64,000 nt of DNA from an uncultured Oscillospiraceae bacterium (GTDB lineage: Bacteria > Bacillota > Clostridia > Oscillospirales > Oscillospiraceae). Below the pieces are notes generated by a model, which did not search any database, was not told the origin of the DNA, and saw only the letters and a program-made list of their open reading frames with translations. Below, one piece after another: positions 53,334 through 62,554 of the stretch (positions are counted from its first letter, which is position 1; each line of letters starts with the position of its first letter). Made by a program: the position numbers and the translations under genes. The stretch spans positions 28,671-92,670 of the forward strand of contig CALWZP010000008.1 in assembly GCA_944386055.1 (NCBI GenBank), written 5' to 3'.

Positions 53334-54117
53334 GCTGAAAAATATCAGCAAGACCTTCAACGCGGGCACCGTCAATGAGAAGGCGGCGCTGAACGGCCTG
53401 TCTCTGCGGCTGGAGGAGGGGGACTTCGTCACCGTCATCGGCGGCAACGGCGCAGGCAAGTCCACTATGCTCAACGCGGTGGCCGGCACCTTCCCGGTGG
53501 ACGGGGGGCAGATCCTCATCGACGGCACCGATGTCACCCGCCTGCCGGAGCACAAGCGGGCCAAATACATCGGCCGGGTGTTCCAGGACCCCATGACAGG
53601 TACCGCCGCCACCATGCAGATCGAGGAGAACCTGGCCCTGGCCGCCCGCCGTGGAAAGAGCCGCACCCTGCGTCCCGGCATCACCAAAAAAGAGCGGGAG
53701 GAGTATGTGGAGCGGCTGAAGATCCTGGACCTGGGGCTGGAGACGAGGATGACCACCAAGGTGGGGCTGCTCTCCGGCGGACAGCGCCAGGCGCTCACCC
53801 TGCTCATGGCCACCCTCATCAAGCCCAAGCTGCTCCTGCTGGACGAGCACACCGCCGCCCTGGACCCCAAGACCGCGGCCAAGGTGCTGGACGCCACCGA
53901 GCGCATCGTCACCCGGGACCACCTCACCACCCTGATGATCACCCACAACATGAAGGACGCCATCACCCACGGCAACCGGCTTATCATGATGAAGGACGGG
54001 CAGATCATCTTTGACATCTCCGGGGAGGAGAAGAAAAAGCTGACGGTGGAGGATCTGCTGGACAAGTTCAAGGTGGCCGGCGAGGATGATCTCAGCGACA
54101 AAATGGTGCTGTCCTGA
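53326..54117 (+). CDS. ABC transporter ATP-binding protein
   Basis: Walker A GGNGAGKST, signature LSGGQRQ and Walker B LLLLDEH. Confidence 0.9.
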   Translation: MLELKNISKTFNAGTVNEKAALNGLSLRLEEGDFVTVIGGNGAGKSTMLNAVAGTFPVDGGQILIDGTDVTRLPEHKRAKYIGRVFQDPMTGTAATMQIEENLALAARRGKSRTLRPGITKKEREEYVERLKILDLGLETRMTTKVGLLSGGQRQALTLLMATLIKPKLLLLDEHTAALDPKTAAKVLDATERIVTRDHLTTLMITHNMKDAITHGNRLIMMKDGQIIFDISGEEKKKLTVEDLLDKFKVAGEDDLSDKMVLS

Positions 54118-54141
54118 CGGCGGCACGGCATACGCACACAG

Positions 54142-54172
54142 GAGGGGGCGGGCCCACCGGGCCCGCCCCCTC
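54142..54172 (+). terminator. GC-rich hairpin after the ABC operon (no clear U-tract)
   Basis: Perfect 14-bp stem GAGGGGGCGGGCCC-acc-GGGCCCGCCCCCTC. Confidence 0.4.
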
Positions 54173-54194
54173 TCCGTCCCTGGCGCAAAGACGG

Positions 54195-54223
54195 TTGGCA
54201 GGGACGGAAAAATCTGATATAAT
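54195..54223 (+). promoter_or_regulatory. Promoter upstream of nudF and the two-component operon (-35 TTGGCA, 17 nt, -10 TATAAT)
   Basis: Hexamers were read directly. Confidence 0.55.
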
Positions 54224-54271
54224 GGAAACACTATCACCATTCCGCACAGCAGGGAAAAGGAGGAGACCGGC

Positions 54272-54808
54272 ATGGATCTGACGGAGGAACGGCTGGACAG
54301 CCGGGAAATATTCCGGGGACATATCGTCACTCTGACGGTGGATCAGGTGCGTTTGCCCAATGGCGGACAGGCCGTCCGGGAGGTGGCCCGCCACCCGGAT
54401 GGGGTGGCGGTGCTGGCGCTGGATGAGGCGGGCCGGGCGGTGCTGGTGACGCAGTACCGCTACCCCCTGGGGCGCACCCTGCTGGAGATCCCGGCGGGGA
54501 AGCTGGACGGGGGGGAGGAGCCACGGGCCGGCGCTTTGCGGGAGCTGGAGGAGGAGGCCGGGGTGCGGCCGGACGAGCTCACCGAGCTGGGGGCCGTCTA
54601 TGTCTCTCCGGGGTTCTGCGACGAGAAGATCCACCTCTATCTGGCCCGGGGACTGCACCAGACGGCAAGCCACCCCGACGAGGACGAGTTCCTCTCCGTC
54701 TCCCGGATGCCATTTGACCGGCTGGTGGAGCTGGTGCTCTCCGGCCAGGTGGAGGACGGCAAGACGGTGGCCGCCGTGCTGAAGGCGAAGCTGATCCTGG
54801 ACAAGTGA
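54272..54808 (+). CDS. nudF: ADP-ribose pyrophosphatase (NUDIX hydrolase)
   Basis: It has the Nudix box GK.D.GE.P...A.REL.EE.G and the N-terminal E......F.G pattern. Confidence 0.85.
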   Translation: MDLTEERLDSREIFRGHIVTLTVDQVRLPNGGQAVREVARHPDGVAVLALDEAGRAVLVTQYRYPLGRTLLEIPAGKLDGGEEPRAGALRELEEEAGVRPDELTELGAVYVSPGFCDEKIHLYLARGLHQTASHPDEDEFLSVSRMPFDRLVELVLSGQVEDGKTVAAVLKAKLILDK

Positions 54809-54828
54809 CTGCAAAGGAGGGGCACGCT

Positions 54829-55533
54829 GTGGGAAAGACCGTGCTGGTGATCGAGGATGAGAAGAACATCGTGGATATCCTCAATTTCAACCTGACCAGA
54901 GAGGGATATACCGTACTGGAGGCCTATGACGGGGAGGCGGGGATCCAGCTGGCGCTGGACAACAACCCTGATCTGATCCTTCTGGACCTGATGCTGCCCA
55001 AGGTGAGCGGGTTCGAGGTGTGCCGCACCCTGCGTCAGGCGGGCAGCGCCATCCCCATCATCATGCTTACCGCCCGGGAGGAGGAGACGGACAAGGTCCT
55101 GGGTCTGGAACTGGGGGCGGACGACTATATCACCAAGCCATTCTCCATGCGGGAACTGCTGGCCCGGGTGAAAGCCAATATCCGCCGGGGGGAGATGGCG
55201 CCCCCCGCCCCCTCCGGAGAGAGGGAGTCGCAGATGGTGCGGGGCCGCATCACCGTGGACCGGGAGCGGATGACGGTGAGCAAGGACGGCGTCCCTCTGG
55301 ACCTGTCCCAGCGGGAGTACGAGCTGATCTGCTTTCTGGCCTCTCAGCCTGGAAAGGTGTTCCCGCGGGAGGTACTGATGGAGCGGGTGTGGAACTATGA
55401 CGGCTTTGTGGGAGATGTCCGGGCGGTGGATGTGGCCATCCGCCGCCTGCGGGAGAAGGTGGAGGACGACCCCGCCGCCCCCACTTTCATCATCACCCGG
55501 CGGGGCCTGGGCTACTGCTTCAGCGGGCAGTGA
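54829..55533 (+). CDS. OmpR-family response regulator (WalR/YycF-like)
   Basis: The GTG at 54829 follows AAGGAGGGG. It carries VLVIEDE, DLILLDLMLP, DDYITKPFS.REL.ARV and a wHTH C-domain. Confidence 0.9.
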   Translation: MGKTVLVIEDEKNIVDILNFNLTREGYTVLEAYDGEAGIQLALDNNPDLILLDLMLPKVSGFEVCRTLRQAGSAIPIIMLTAREEETDKVLGLELGADDYITKPFSMRELLARVKANIRRGEMAPPAPSGERESQMVRGRITVDRERMTVSKDGVPLDLSQREYELICFLASQPGKVFPREVLMERVWNYDGFVGDVRAVDVAIRRLREKVEDDPAAPTFIITRRGLGYCFSGQ

Positions 55534-55563
55534 CCGCCCCGGGGCCGGAAAGGAGGTGCGCCT

Positions 55564-57342
55564 GTGCGCCGCAGTACACTGCAGATGAAACTGGTGCTGA
55601 TCATGGTGCTGCTCATCGTCTCTCTGATGGCGGTGGTGGGCGCGTTTCTGATCAACTCGGTGACGGGCTTTTATCTGAAGGACTTCTACAACCAGATCAA
55701 CAACACCTTCGGCAGCGAGACCTCTCTGATGTGGGATCTGCAGAATGAGACCGAGGGGGAGGAGAACGGCGCCGAGCATATCAAGTCCATTCTGGACGCC
55801 TATGCCGGTTCCCTGGGGGTGGATGGCCGCAACCGAAACTATTACATTCTGGATATGGAGGGCAACTATCTGGCGGGCTCCGACGACGAAGGGGGCCCCT
55901 ATCTGGACCTGAAGCCCAATCTGCTCCACACCATGCGCACCGGAGAGGTGAGCAGCGAGAGCAGCGTGGCGGCGGACTATATGGACGCGGCCATCCCCAT
56001 CCAGCGGGGGGACGACAGCTATATCATCTACATCCTGGACAACCGTGAGACGGTGGAGAACCTGAACGCCGAGCTGTTCCGCCTGATCATCGAGGCGCTG
56101 TTCTTCGGCATGATCATCTCGGTGCTGCTCTCCTTCCTTCTTTCCCGCACGGTGGTCACCCCCATCCGGCAGCTCACCGCCGGGGCGGAGCAGGTGGCGG
56201 CGGGAGATTTCTCCCGGCGCCTGCCGGTAAACTCAGACGACGAGATCGGCGTGCTCACCAATACCTTCAATGAGATGGCAGGCCGCCTGAAGGACACCAT
56301 TCAGCAGGTGGAGAACGAGCGGGACAAGCTGGATACCCTCTTTCTCCACATGACGGACGGCGTGGTCGCCTTTTCCAACGACGGGCAGGTGATCCAGTCC
56401 AACCCGGCGGCGGAGAAGATGCTCTGCCGTCCCATCAGCCAGGACAGCCGCTATGAGGAGATGTTCGGCGATGTGGTCCCTCTGGAACAGGTGCTGGAGC
56501 TGGAGCGTCCCAACTATCTCCAGAGCCAGCGGGAGGTCAACGGCCGCTATCTGGAGCTGCTGCTCACCCCTTTTGACCAGAACAGTCAGGCGGGGGCGCT
56601 GGTGGTGCTCCACGACATGACCGACATGCGCCGCAACGAGGAGCTGCGCCGGGAATTTGTGGCCAATGTCTCCCACGAGCTGCGCACCCCCCTCACCAAC
56701 ATCCGCAGCTATGCCGAGACCCTGGCGGACAATGCCGGGGAGATGCCGCCCGACACGGAGAAGGACTTCCTGGGGGTCATTCTGGCGGAGTCCGACCGCA
56801 TGACCCATATCGTCCAGGACCTGCTTACCCTGTCCCGGCTGGACGCGGGGCAGGCGGATCTGAAGCTCACCTCCTTCCCCTTCGACAAGGCGGTGAGCGA
56901 GGTGTACAACGCCGTGCTGCTGGAGGCGCAGCGCCACGACCACGCCATCTCCCTGCACCTGGAGCCCGACCTGCCGGAGATCGTGGCCGACCGGGAGCGG
57001 ATCATCCAGGTGATGATGAATGTGGTGTCCAACTCCATCAAGTACACCCCCGACGGCGGGACCATCTCCATCACCGCGGGGCGGGAAGGGGACCAGGTGT
57101 GGATGCAGGTGGACGACAACGGCATCGGCATCCCCGATCCCAAGGACCGGGCCCGCATCTTCGAGCGGTTCTACCGGGTGGACAAGGCCCGCTCCCGGGA
57201 GTCGGGAGGCACCGGCCTGGGGCTGTCCATCGCCAAGGAGATCGTGGACCGGCACCAGGGGGTGCTGGAGCTGGTGGACAAGGCGGGGCCCGGTCTGGCC
57301 ATCCGCATGACCCTTCCCGTTGGAGGTCCCGGCCATGGATAG
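55564..57342 (+). CDS. Sensor histidine kinase (WalK-like: TM-sensor-TM, HAMP, PAS, HisKA, HATPase)
   Basis: The GTG follows AGGAGG. It has the H-box FVANVSHELRTPLT plus N, G1 (DNGIGIP) and G2 (GGTGLGLSI) boxes. Confidence 0.9.
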   Translation: MRRSTLQMKLVLIMVLLIVSLMAVVGAFLINSVTGFYLKDFYNQINNTFGSETSLMWDLQNETEGEENGAEHIKSILDAYAGSLGVDGRNRNYYILDMEGNYLAGSDDEGGPYLDLKPNLLHTMRTGEVSSESSVAADYMDAAIPIQRGDDSYIIYILDNRETVENLNAELFRLIIEALFFGMIISVLLSFLLSRTVVTPIRQLTAGAEQVAAGDFSRRLPVNSDDEIGVLTNTFNEMAGRLKDTIQQVENERDKLDTLFLHMTDGVVAFSNDGQVIQSNPAAEKMLCRPISQDSRYEEMFGDVVPLEQVLELERPNYLQSQREVNGRYLELLLTPFDQNSQAGALVVLHDMTDMRRNEELRREFVANVSHELRTPLTNIRSYAETLADNAGEMPPDTEKDFLGVILAESDRMTHIVQDLLTLSRLDAGQADLKLTSFPFDKAVSEVYNAVLLEAQRHDHAISLHLEPDLPEIVADRERIIQVMMNVVSNSIKYTPDGGTISITAGREGDQVWMQVDDNGIGIPDPKDRARIFERFYRVDKARSRESGGTGLGLSIAKEIVDRHQGVLELVDKAGPGLAIRMTLPVGGPGHG

Positions 57343-58648
57343 AAAAAAGCGCCGGATGATCGAGCTGGGGAAGGACGCGGTGATCGTCCTGCTGCTCCTG
57401 TCCGCCCTGTGGCTGATCGGGCGCCCCCAGCTGTACGGCAGGCAGGTGGAGGAGTGGCTCTCCTCCGCCCTCCAGCGCGGCAGCGGAACAGCGGGTGTGG
57501 TGACAGACAGCGTGGATGTCACCCAGCTGCTCCGCCCGGTGCGCATGGCGGTGATGACCGACCAGGGGCGGTACGGCACCGCCTATGACAGCCAGGGGAC
57601 CCAGCTCCTCTTCAGCACGGCGGCAGACCTGCTCAACGAGGCGCTCACCAGCGCCCAGGAGCCTCAGCGGGTAAGCCGTCAGGTGTGGGAGGATGCCCTG
57701 GGCACCGCCCCGGGCATCTACTACGAATTTGCCGGCGCCCTCCCCCTCTCGGTGATGGCCGATCTGATGTCCGGCGGGGAGAGCGGCAGCCAGCTGGATG
57801 GCGTCTCCGCCCGGGTGAGCCTGTGTGTCCGCCAGGATGAGGTACAGCTGATCTATCTGGATGAGACCGACGGGTACTGCTACGCCGCAGCCACCGATGT
57901 GGTCAGCACTGCGCAGCTGAGCAGCGCGGCCCGGGGCTATACCGCCAACGGGACACAATTTGCCTTCGAGCGGGAGGACTGCAGCAGTCTGGCCTTCTAT
58001 ACCATGCTGCCTTCCCAGACGCCCCAGCCGGCGGAATGCCTGGCGGTCAATCCGCTGACGGCGGAGGAGACCGGTGCCTCCGTGCTGGAACAGCTGGGCT
58101 TCGGCGTCCAGGGCACCTCTCATTACGAGGCGCCGGACGGCACGGTGTACCTCAACAGCGGCGACACCCTGCGCCTGGGGAATGACGGGCGGGTGACCTT
58201 CACCGCGGGGGAGGCGTCTCCAGCGCGCTTTTCGGTGAGCACCGTTCAGGAGGAGGCGTCTCCGGCGGAGAATATGGAGCTGATCTACCAGCTGGTGCGA
58301 CAGGTGGCGGTCCCCTGGCAGGGGGACGCGGAACTGCAGCTCACCCGCTATGAGCGGCAGGAGGACGGATCGGTCTGGGTGGAGTTCGAGTATTATATCG
58401 GCGGGGCCCAGGTGATTCGGGGGGACGGGAGTCCTGCGGTGAGCGCGGTGCTCCAGGATGGAGCGGTCACCGACCTGGTGTTCTGCCTCCGCACCTATAC
58501 CCAGAGCGGCAGCCTGTGCGCCGTTCTCCCGGTGACTCAGGCCGCCGCCGCAGTCACCGCACTGGAAGGGGAGGGCGGCGAACTGCTGCTGTGCTACCGG
58601 GACAACGGCGGCGGAACGGTGTCCGCCGGCTGGGTCGTGACCCGCTGA
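57335..58648 (+). CDS. YycH-like membrane-anchored regulator of the kinase (positional/architectural call)
   Basis: It overlaps the end of the kinase gene. It has an N-terminal anchor and a 400-aa ectodomain, and it precedes a YycI-like gene. Confidence 0.5.
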   Translation: MDRKKRRMIELGKDAVIVLLLLSALWLIGRPQLYGRQVEEWLSSALQRGSGTAGVVTDSVDVTQLLRPVRMAVMTDQGRYGTAYDSQGTQLLFSTAADLLNEALTSAQEPQRVSRQVWEDALGTAPGIYYEFAGALPLSVMADLMSGGESGSQLDGVSARVSLCVRQDEVQLIYLDETDGYCYAAATDVVSTAQLSSAARGYTANGTQFAFEREDCSSLAFYTMLPSQTPQPAECLAVNPLTAEETGASVLEQLGFGVQGTSHYEAPDGTVYLNSGDTLRLGNDGRVTFTAGEASPARFSVSTVQEEASPAENMELIYQLVRQVAVPWQGDAELQLTRYERQEDGSVWVEFEYYIGGAQVIRGDGSPAVSAVLQDGAVTDLVFCLRTYTQSGSLCAVLPVTQAAAAVTALEGEGGELLLCYRDNGGGTVSAGWVVTR

Positions 58649-58667
58649 GAGAAGGGAGGCGGTCTCC

Positions 58668-59525
58668 TTGGAGTGGTCCAGGCTGAAAAATATCATCATC
58701 CTCATTCTGGCTGCGGCCAATGTGATGCTGGCTGGGCTGGCGCTGTTCACCTGGCAGCGGGACGAGACTGCCCAGCGGGAGGCCATGGCCAACGCCGTGG
58801 CGCTGCTGGAGGAGAAAAATGTCTCGCTGAACTGGGAGCCGGAGGAGATGTCCCTCCAGGTGATGGAGGTACAGCGGGATCAGGGTCGGGAAGATGTGCT
58901 GGCCGCCGCCCTGCTGGGAGAGACGGTGAAGGAGGACCGGGGCGCCGGAGTATACCGCTATGTCAGCAGCCGGGGGGTCGTCCAGTTTCACAGCAACGGC
59001 GAGTTCTCCGCCGCCTTCCCGGTGGGAGAGTTCCCTCTGGACGGCGCCGCGCCGGAGGAGCACGCCCTGAAGACCCTGGAGCTCCTGGATTTTCAGGGAC
59101 GCGTGCTGGAGGTGCGTGAGGAGGACAGCCGGATTGAGGTCACTGTCTGCCAGACCCTGGGCGGTACGCCGGTGCTGTCCTGCACCGCGGTGCTGGTGTA
59201 TGAGCAGGACTGCCTTACCGCCATCGGTCCCGGCCGCCGGCTCAACGGCACAGCCTATGCGGTGGAGGGAGAAACGCCGTGCATCTCTGCGGCCAGCGCG
59301 CTGATCCGCCTGTCCAACGGGCTGCTGGAACTGGGAGATGTGAGCAAAACGGTCACTGAAGTGGAGGAGGCATACCGCCTCTCCTCCAGCTTTTCCGGCC
59401 CCATCCAGCTTCTGCCGGTGTGGTATATCACCACTGACACCGGCAGCTATCAGCTCAATGCGCAGACCGGCGAGCTGACCCGCAGCGTGGTGACCGGCGG
59501 GGAGACGATGGCCGCCGCCTCGTAA
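58668..59525 (+). CDS. YycI-like two-component regulatory protein
   Basis: The TTG start follows GAAGGGAGG. The N-terminus MEWSRLKNIIILILAAANVML parallels the YycI MDW.R.K.IF..AF..LN pattern. Confidence 0.6.
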   Translation: MEWSRLKNIIILILAAANVMLAGLALFTWQRDETAQREAMANAVALLEEKNVSLNWEPEEMSLQVMEVQRDQGREDVLAAALLGETVKEDRGAGVYRYVSSRGVVQFHSNGEFSAAFPVGEFPLDGAAPEEHALKTLELLDFQGRVLEVREEDSRIEVTVCQTLGGTPVLSCTAVLVYEQDCLTAIGPGRRLNGTAYAVEGETPCISAASALIRLSNGLLELGDVSKTVTEVEEAYRLSSSFSGPIQLLPVWYITTDTGSYQLNAQTGELTRSVVTGGETMAAAS

Positions 59526-59540
59526 GCGGAGAGAAAATAA

Positions 59541-59578
59541 CACAGCCCCGGCGCGGCATCTGCCGCGCCGGGGCTGTG
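59541..59578. terminator. Bidirectional terminator
   Basis: Perfect 18-bp stem CACAGCCCCGGCGCGGCA / TGCCGCGCCGGGGCTGTG, followed by CTGTTGTTT. Confidence 0.75.
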
Positions 59579-59605
59579 CTGTTGTTTGGGGAAGAGGGCG
59601 CGCCG

Positions 59606-60946
59606 TCAGTGCTGCGCGGCGGCCTGACTTGGGGCGGGGTCGGACAGGCAGACCACCGCGCTTTCCAGCCGGTGCCCCTTGATCTGGGTGATCTTGATGG
59701 TCAGGCCATAGTCTTCCACCTCCGGGGTGCTCCCATCGCTGGGGACCATTCCCAGCAGGTTGAAAACGAAGCCGCTGAAGGTGTCGTAATCCTCCAACGG
59801 AAGGGACACGCCCAGCTGAGCGGCCACCTCCTCCAGCGGTGCGTTGCCCCGGATGCGCCAGGTACGGGAGTCCAGCTTCTGGATGGCGGGCAGCTCCTGA
59901 GGGAGGGAGGTATCCTCATCCAGGTCGCCCACCAGCTGCTCCAGCAGGTCGGTGATGGTGAGCACACCGCTCATCCCGCCGTACTCGTCCACCACCACGG
60001 CGAAATAGGTGCGGGTCTTCTTCATATTCTGAAACAGCACATCCGCCCGCACCGATTCAGGGACGAAGTAGGCGGGCTTCACCGCATGGAGCATCACCGA
60101 TTTGCGGCTTTTGTCCTTCAGACGGAGATAGTCCTCCGAGTCCAGCACCCCAACGATCTTGTCCGGGGTCTCATCACAGATGGGGTAGACGGTGTGGCGG
60201 CTCTCGTTGATGGTCTGCTCCCACTGCTGGTCGCTTTCATCCAGCCACAGCATGGTCACCTCGGTGCGGTGGGTCATGATATCCTCGGCAGAGATGTCGT
60301 CGAACTCAAAGATGTTCTGGATCATGCTCTGCTCCTCGGGCTGGATGGTGCCCTGCTGCTGCCCGGCGGCCAGCAGCAGGCGGATCTCCTCCTCCGGGTC
60401 GCCCTCCTCAGTGCTGTTGGGGTCCACCCCCATCAGGCGCAGCAGCCCGTTGGTGGACACGGTGAACAGCCACACCACCGGGGTGAACACCTTGGACACG
60501 GCGTAGATGAGGCCGGACATTCCCAGGGCGATGGCCTCCGCCTTTTTCATGGCCAGCCGTTTGGGAATCAGCTCTCCCAGCAGCACGGTGAAATAGGTCA
60601 GCACGATGGTGATCACCGCCATGGACAGGGCCTGCACCACGCCCCGGGGTACCGCCACGCCGAAGCCCAGCAGCCAGGACACCAGCCGGTCGGAAAAGTT
60701 CTCGGTGGCCACTGCGCTGCTGAGCAGGTTGACCAGCGTGATGCCCACCTGGATGGTGGCCAGAAAACCGGCGGGCTGAGCGGTGAGGCGGGAGAGGCGC
60801 ACGGCCCGCTTGTCCCCCTCTGCGGTGAGCTGGGCCAGGCGGTTGTCGTTCATGCTGATGACCGCGATCTCCGCACAGGCGAAGATGGCGTTAAGGGCGA
60901 TAAAGACGAATTGAAGCAGAATCAACCATAATAAGGGTGTGTCCAA
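59606..60946 (-). CDS. CNNM/hemolysin-family protein (DUF21 TM domain + CBS pair + CorC/HlyC C-domain)
   Basis: It carries LN..FA.AE.A..S, GE..PK and MT.R, with a C-terminal transporter-associated domain. The TTG start follows AGGAGG. Confidence 0.85.
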   Translation of the reverse strand: MDTPLLWLILLQFVFIALNAIFACAEIAVISMNDNRLAQLTAEGDKRAVRLSRLTAQPAGFLATIQVGITLVNLLSSAVATENFSDRLVSWLLGFGVAVPRGVVQALSMAVITIVLTYFTVLLGELIPKRLAMKKAEAIALGMSGLIYAVSKVFTPVVWLFTVSTNGLLRLMGVDPNSTEEGDPEEEIRLLLAAGQQQGTIQPEEQSMIQNIFEFDDISAEDIMTHRTEVTMLWLDESDQQWEQTINESRHTVYPICDETPDKIVGVLDSEDYLRLKDKSRKSVMLHAVKPAYFVPESVRADVLFQNMKKTRTYFAVVVDEYGGMSGVLTITDLLEQLVGDLDEDTSLPQELPAIQKLDSRTWRIRGNAPLEEVAAQLGVSLPLEDYDTFSGFVFNLLGMVPSDGSTPEVEDYGLTIKITQIKGHRLESAVVCLSDPAPSQAAAQH

Positions 60947-61339
60947 AAGAATTCCTCCTGAATTTGATCGAGATATATCTGTGAAGCACGAAATGTACCG
61001 GCCTTCCGGGGCTTACAGCAGCAAAAAAACGCACAACAAACAGGACAACATCTTGTTGCCCGCTGTTCTGCGCGACGCCCATGGACGCCCCATGGGAGGA
61101 ATCAGGTTGGAAGGAAGATCAGCTTTACAGGCCCGACAGCCAGATGTAGCAGGGTCAGGGTCGGCAGGATCGCTCACGATAAAAAGCACCTTTCTTTCTG
61201 CAGAATTTCTTTTACTATACTATAAAACCGCCTTTCTGTCAATCCCGGCGTCCCGTCATGTTTCTCCCCCTCGGCGCATATACCTGTAGCAACATCTGCG
61301 CGCCGCACCATCGTGCGGGGATAGGGGAGTTGTTGACAG

Positions 61340-61588
61340 TTGAAAGGGAATATTGAGGAGCGGGCCTGCCAGATGGCCCTCTACATCATAGAGAACAGGA
61401 CGACGGTGCGCGCCGCCGCCCGGAAGTTCAACATCAGCAAGAGCACGGTACACAAGGACCTCTCCGAGCGCCTGCCCGCTTTCAACCGGCCGCTCTATCT
61501 CCAGGTGAAGAGCGTTCTGGAGGAGAATAAGGCACAGAGGCATATACGGGGTGGAATTGCGACCAGGAGAAAATACAAAGGGGAATAG
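61340..61588 (+). CDS. spoIIID: Sporulation transcriptional regulator SpoIIID
   Basis: It has the signature SKSTVHKDL.ERLP......L...V..L...NK..RH.RGG.AT..KY. The TTG start gives an N-terminus colinear with B. subtilis SpoIIID. Confidence 0.9.
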   Translation: MKGNIEERACQMALYIIENRTTVRAAARKFNISKSTVHKDLSERLPAFNRPLYLQVKSVLEENKAQRHIRGGIATRRKYKGE

Positions 61589-61603
61589 AATTGAAGCGGA
61601 AAA

Positions 61604-61632
61604 AGAGGGGCGCACCGTGCGTCCCTCTTTTT
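61604..61632 (+). terminator. Rho-independent terminator after spoIIID
   Basis: Stem AGAGGGGCGCA-ccg-TGCGTCCCTCT with one mismatch, followed by TTTTT. Confidence 0.75.
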
Positions 61633-61712
61633 CCATACGGGGTGGAAAGGGAAGGAGGATCGTGCTATGATAGAGAAAAAGGCCCGTCCGGGCTGAGAGG
61701 AGATGCACGCCT

Positions 61713-62345
61713 ATGTTTACCTGCGCATCCTGTCATGTGATGGCATGCCGTACCGGGCAGTTGGACCAGATGCCCAAAAACTGTCCCATGCAGGACCGGG
61801 AGCTGTTCGATCAGGTACTCCAAGAGTATTTCAAGCCGGAGAATCACGACTTCTTCGTGGCAAGCGCGGCGGTGGAGGCCATAGGGTACTGCCGCTGGCC
61901 CCGTCTGCGGGAGACGGCGGAGTTCGCCCGGCGGATGGGATACACCCGCCTGGGCCTGGCCTTCTGCGTGGGACTGCGCCGGGAGGCGGAGGTGGTGGAT
62001 CGGCTGCTGCGGAAACAGGGGTTCGAGGTGGTCTCGGTGGCCTGCAAGACGGGCTCCATCCCCAAGGACGCGGCGGGCATCCCCCCGGAGTACCGGGTGA
62101 ATCCAGGGCAGTACGAGGCCATGTGTGACCCCATCGCCCAGGCGGAGTTGCTGAACCGGGCGGGGACCCAGTTCAACATCTGCCTGGGTCTGTGCGTGGG
62201 GCACGACTCCCTGTTTTACAAGTACTCCAAGGCCCTGGTGACCACCCTGGTGGCCAAGGACCGGGTCACGGGGAACAACCCCGCCGCCGCCATCTACTGC
62301 GCGGAGGGGTATTTCAAGGACCGGCTGGACCCGGACAAGCCCTGA
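61713..62345 (+). CDS. DUF1847 family metal-binding protein
   Basis: The N-terminus is C..C....C........P..CP, and later motifs are LG.C.G...E, CK.G and LGLCVGHD. Confidence 0.65.
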   Translation: MFTCASCHVMACRTGQLDQMPKNCPMQDRELFDQVLQEYFKPENHDFFVASAAVEAIGYCRWPRLRETAEFARRMGYTRLGLAFCVGLRREAEVVDRLLRKQGFEVVSVACKTGSIPKDAAGIPPEYRVNPGQYEAMCDPIAQAELLNRAGTQFNICLGLCVGHDSLFYKYSKALVTTLVAKDRVTGNNPAAAIYCAEGYFKDRLDPDKP

Positions 62346-62357
62346 GGGACGGCAGAG

Positions 62358-62393
62358 ACGGAGCGGGGGGCGCGAAAGCGCCCCCGCCCCGTC
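62358..62393. terminator. GC-rich hairpin after the DUF1847 gene (core GGGGGCGC-gaaa-GCGCCCCC), followed by an A-run rather than a T-run
   Basis: Read directly. The core stem extends imperfectly to GACGG.../...CCGTC. Confidence 0.35.
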
Positions 62394-62423
62394 AAAAAAG
62401 CCCAACCCTATGCAGCCAGCATA

Positions 62424-62452
62424 TTGTTTTTGCCGGGGCGGGCAGGTATAAT
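62424..62452 (+). promoter_or_regulatory. Promoter (-35 TTGTTT, 17 nt, -10 TATAAT) for the last gene
   Basis: Hexamers were read directly. Confidence 0.5.
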
Positions 62453-62487
62453 GGAGGCAAAGCCCGGCATCGGGCACAGACAGTTTC

Positions 62488-62528
62488 GTGGAGCGGGCCC
62501 GCTCCACACCGTGGGATATCCCACGGTG
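62488..62528 (+). promoter_or_regulatory. Two abutting perfect palindromes in the 5' leader (20-mer GTGGAGCGGGCCCGCTCCAC; 22-mer CACCGTGGGATATCCCACGGTG)
   Basis: Both were verified as self-complementary by hand. They share one base and lie between the -10 box and the SD. Confidence 0.6.
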
Positions 62529-62554
62529 AAAACCTTGTGAAAGGGGAAATGGAT

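Noticed and set aside
60939-61289. A 116-aa ORF on the plus strand in the 393-nt region upstream of spoIIID. I also looked there for a sigma-E-type promoter (GCATATACCT near 61277).
   Set aside because: The ORF has no SD and no recognisable family, and it overlaps the likely promoter or leader DNA of two divergent genes. The sigma-E -10-like CATATA lacks a convincing -35 partner, so I have listed no promoter feature.
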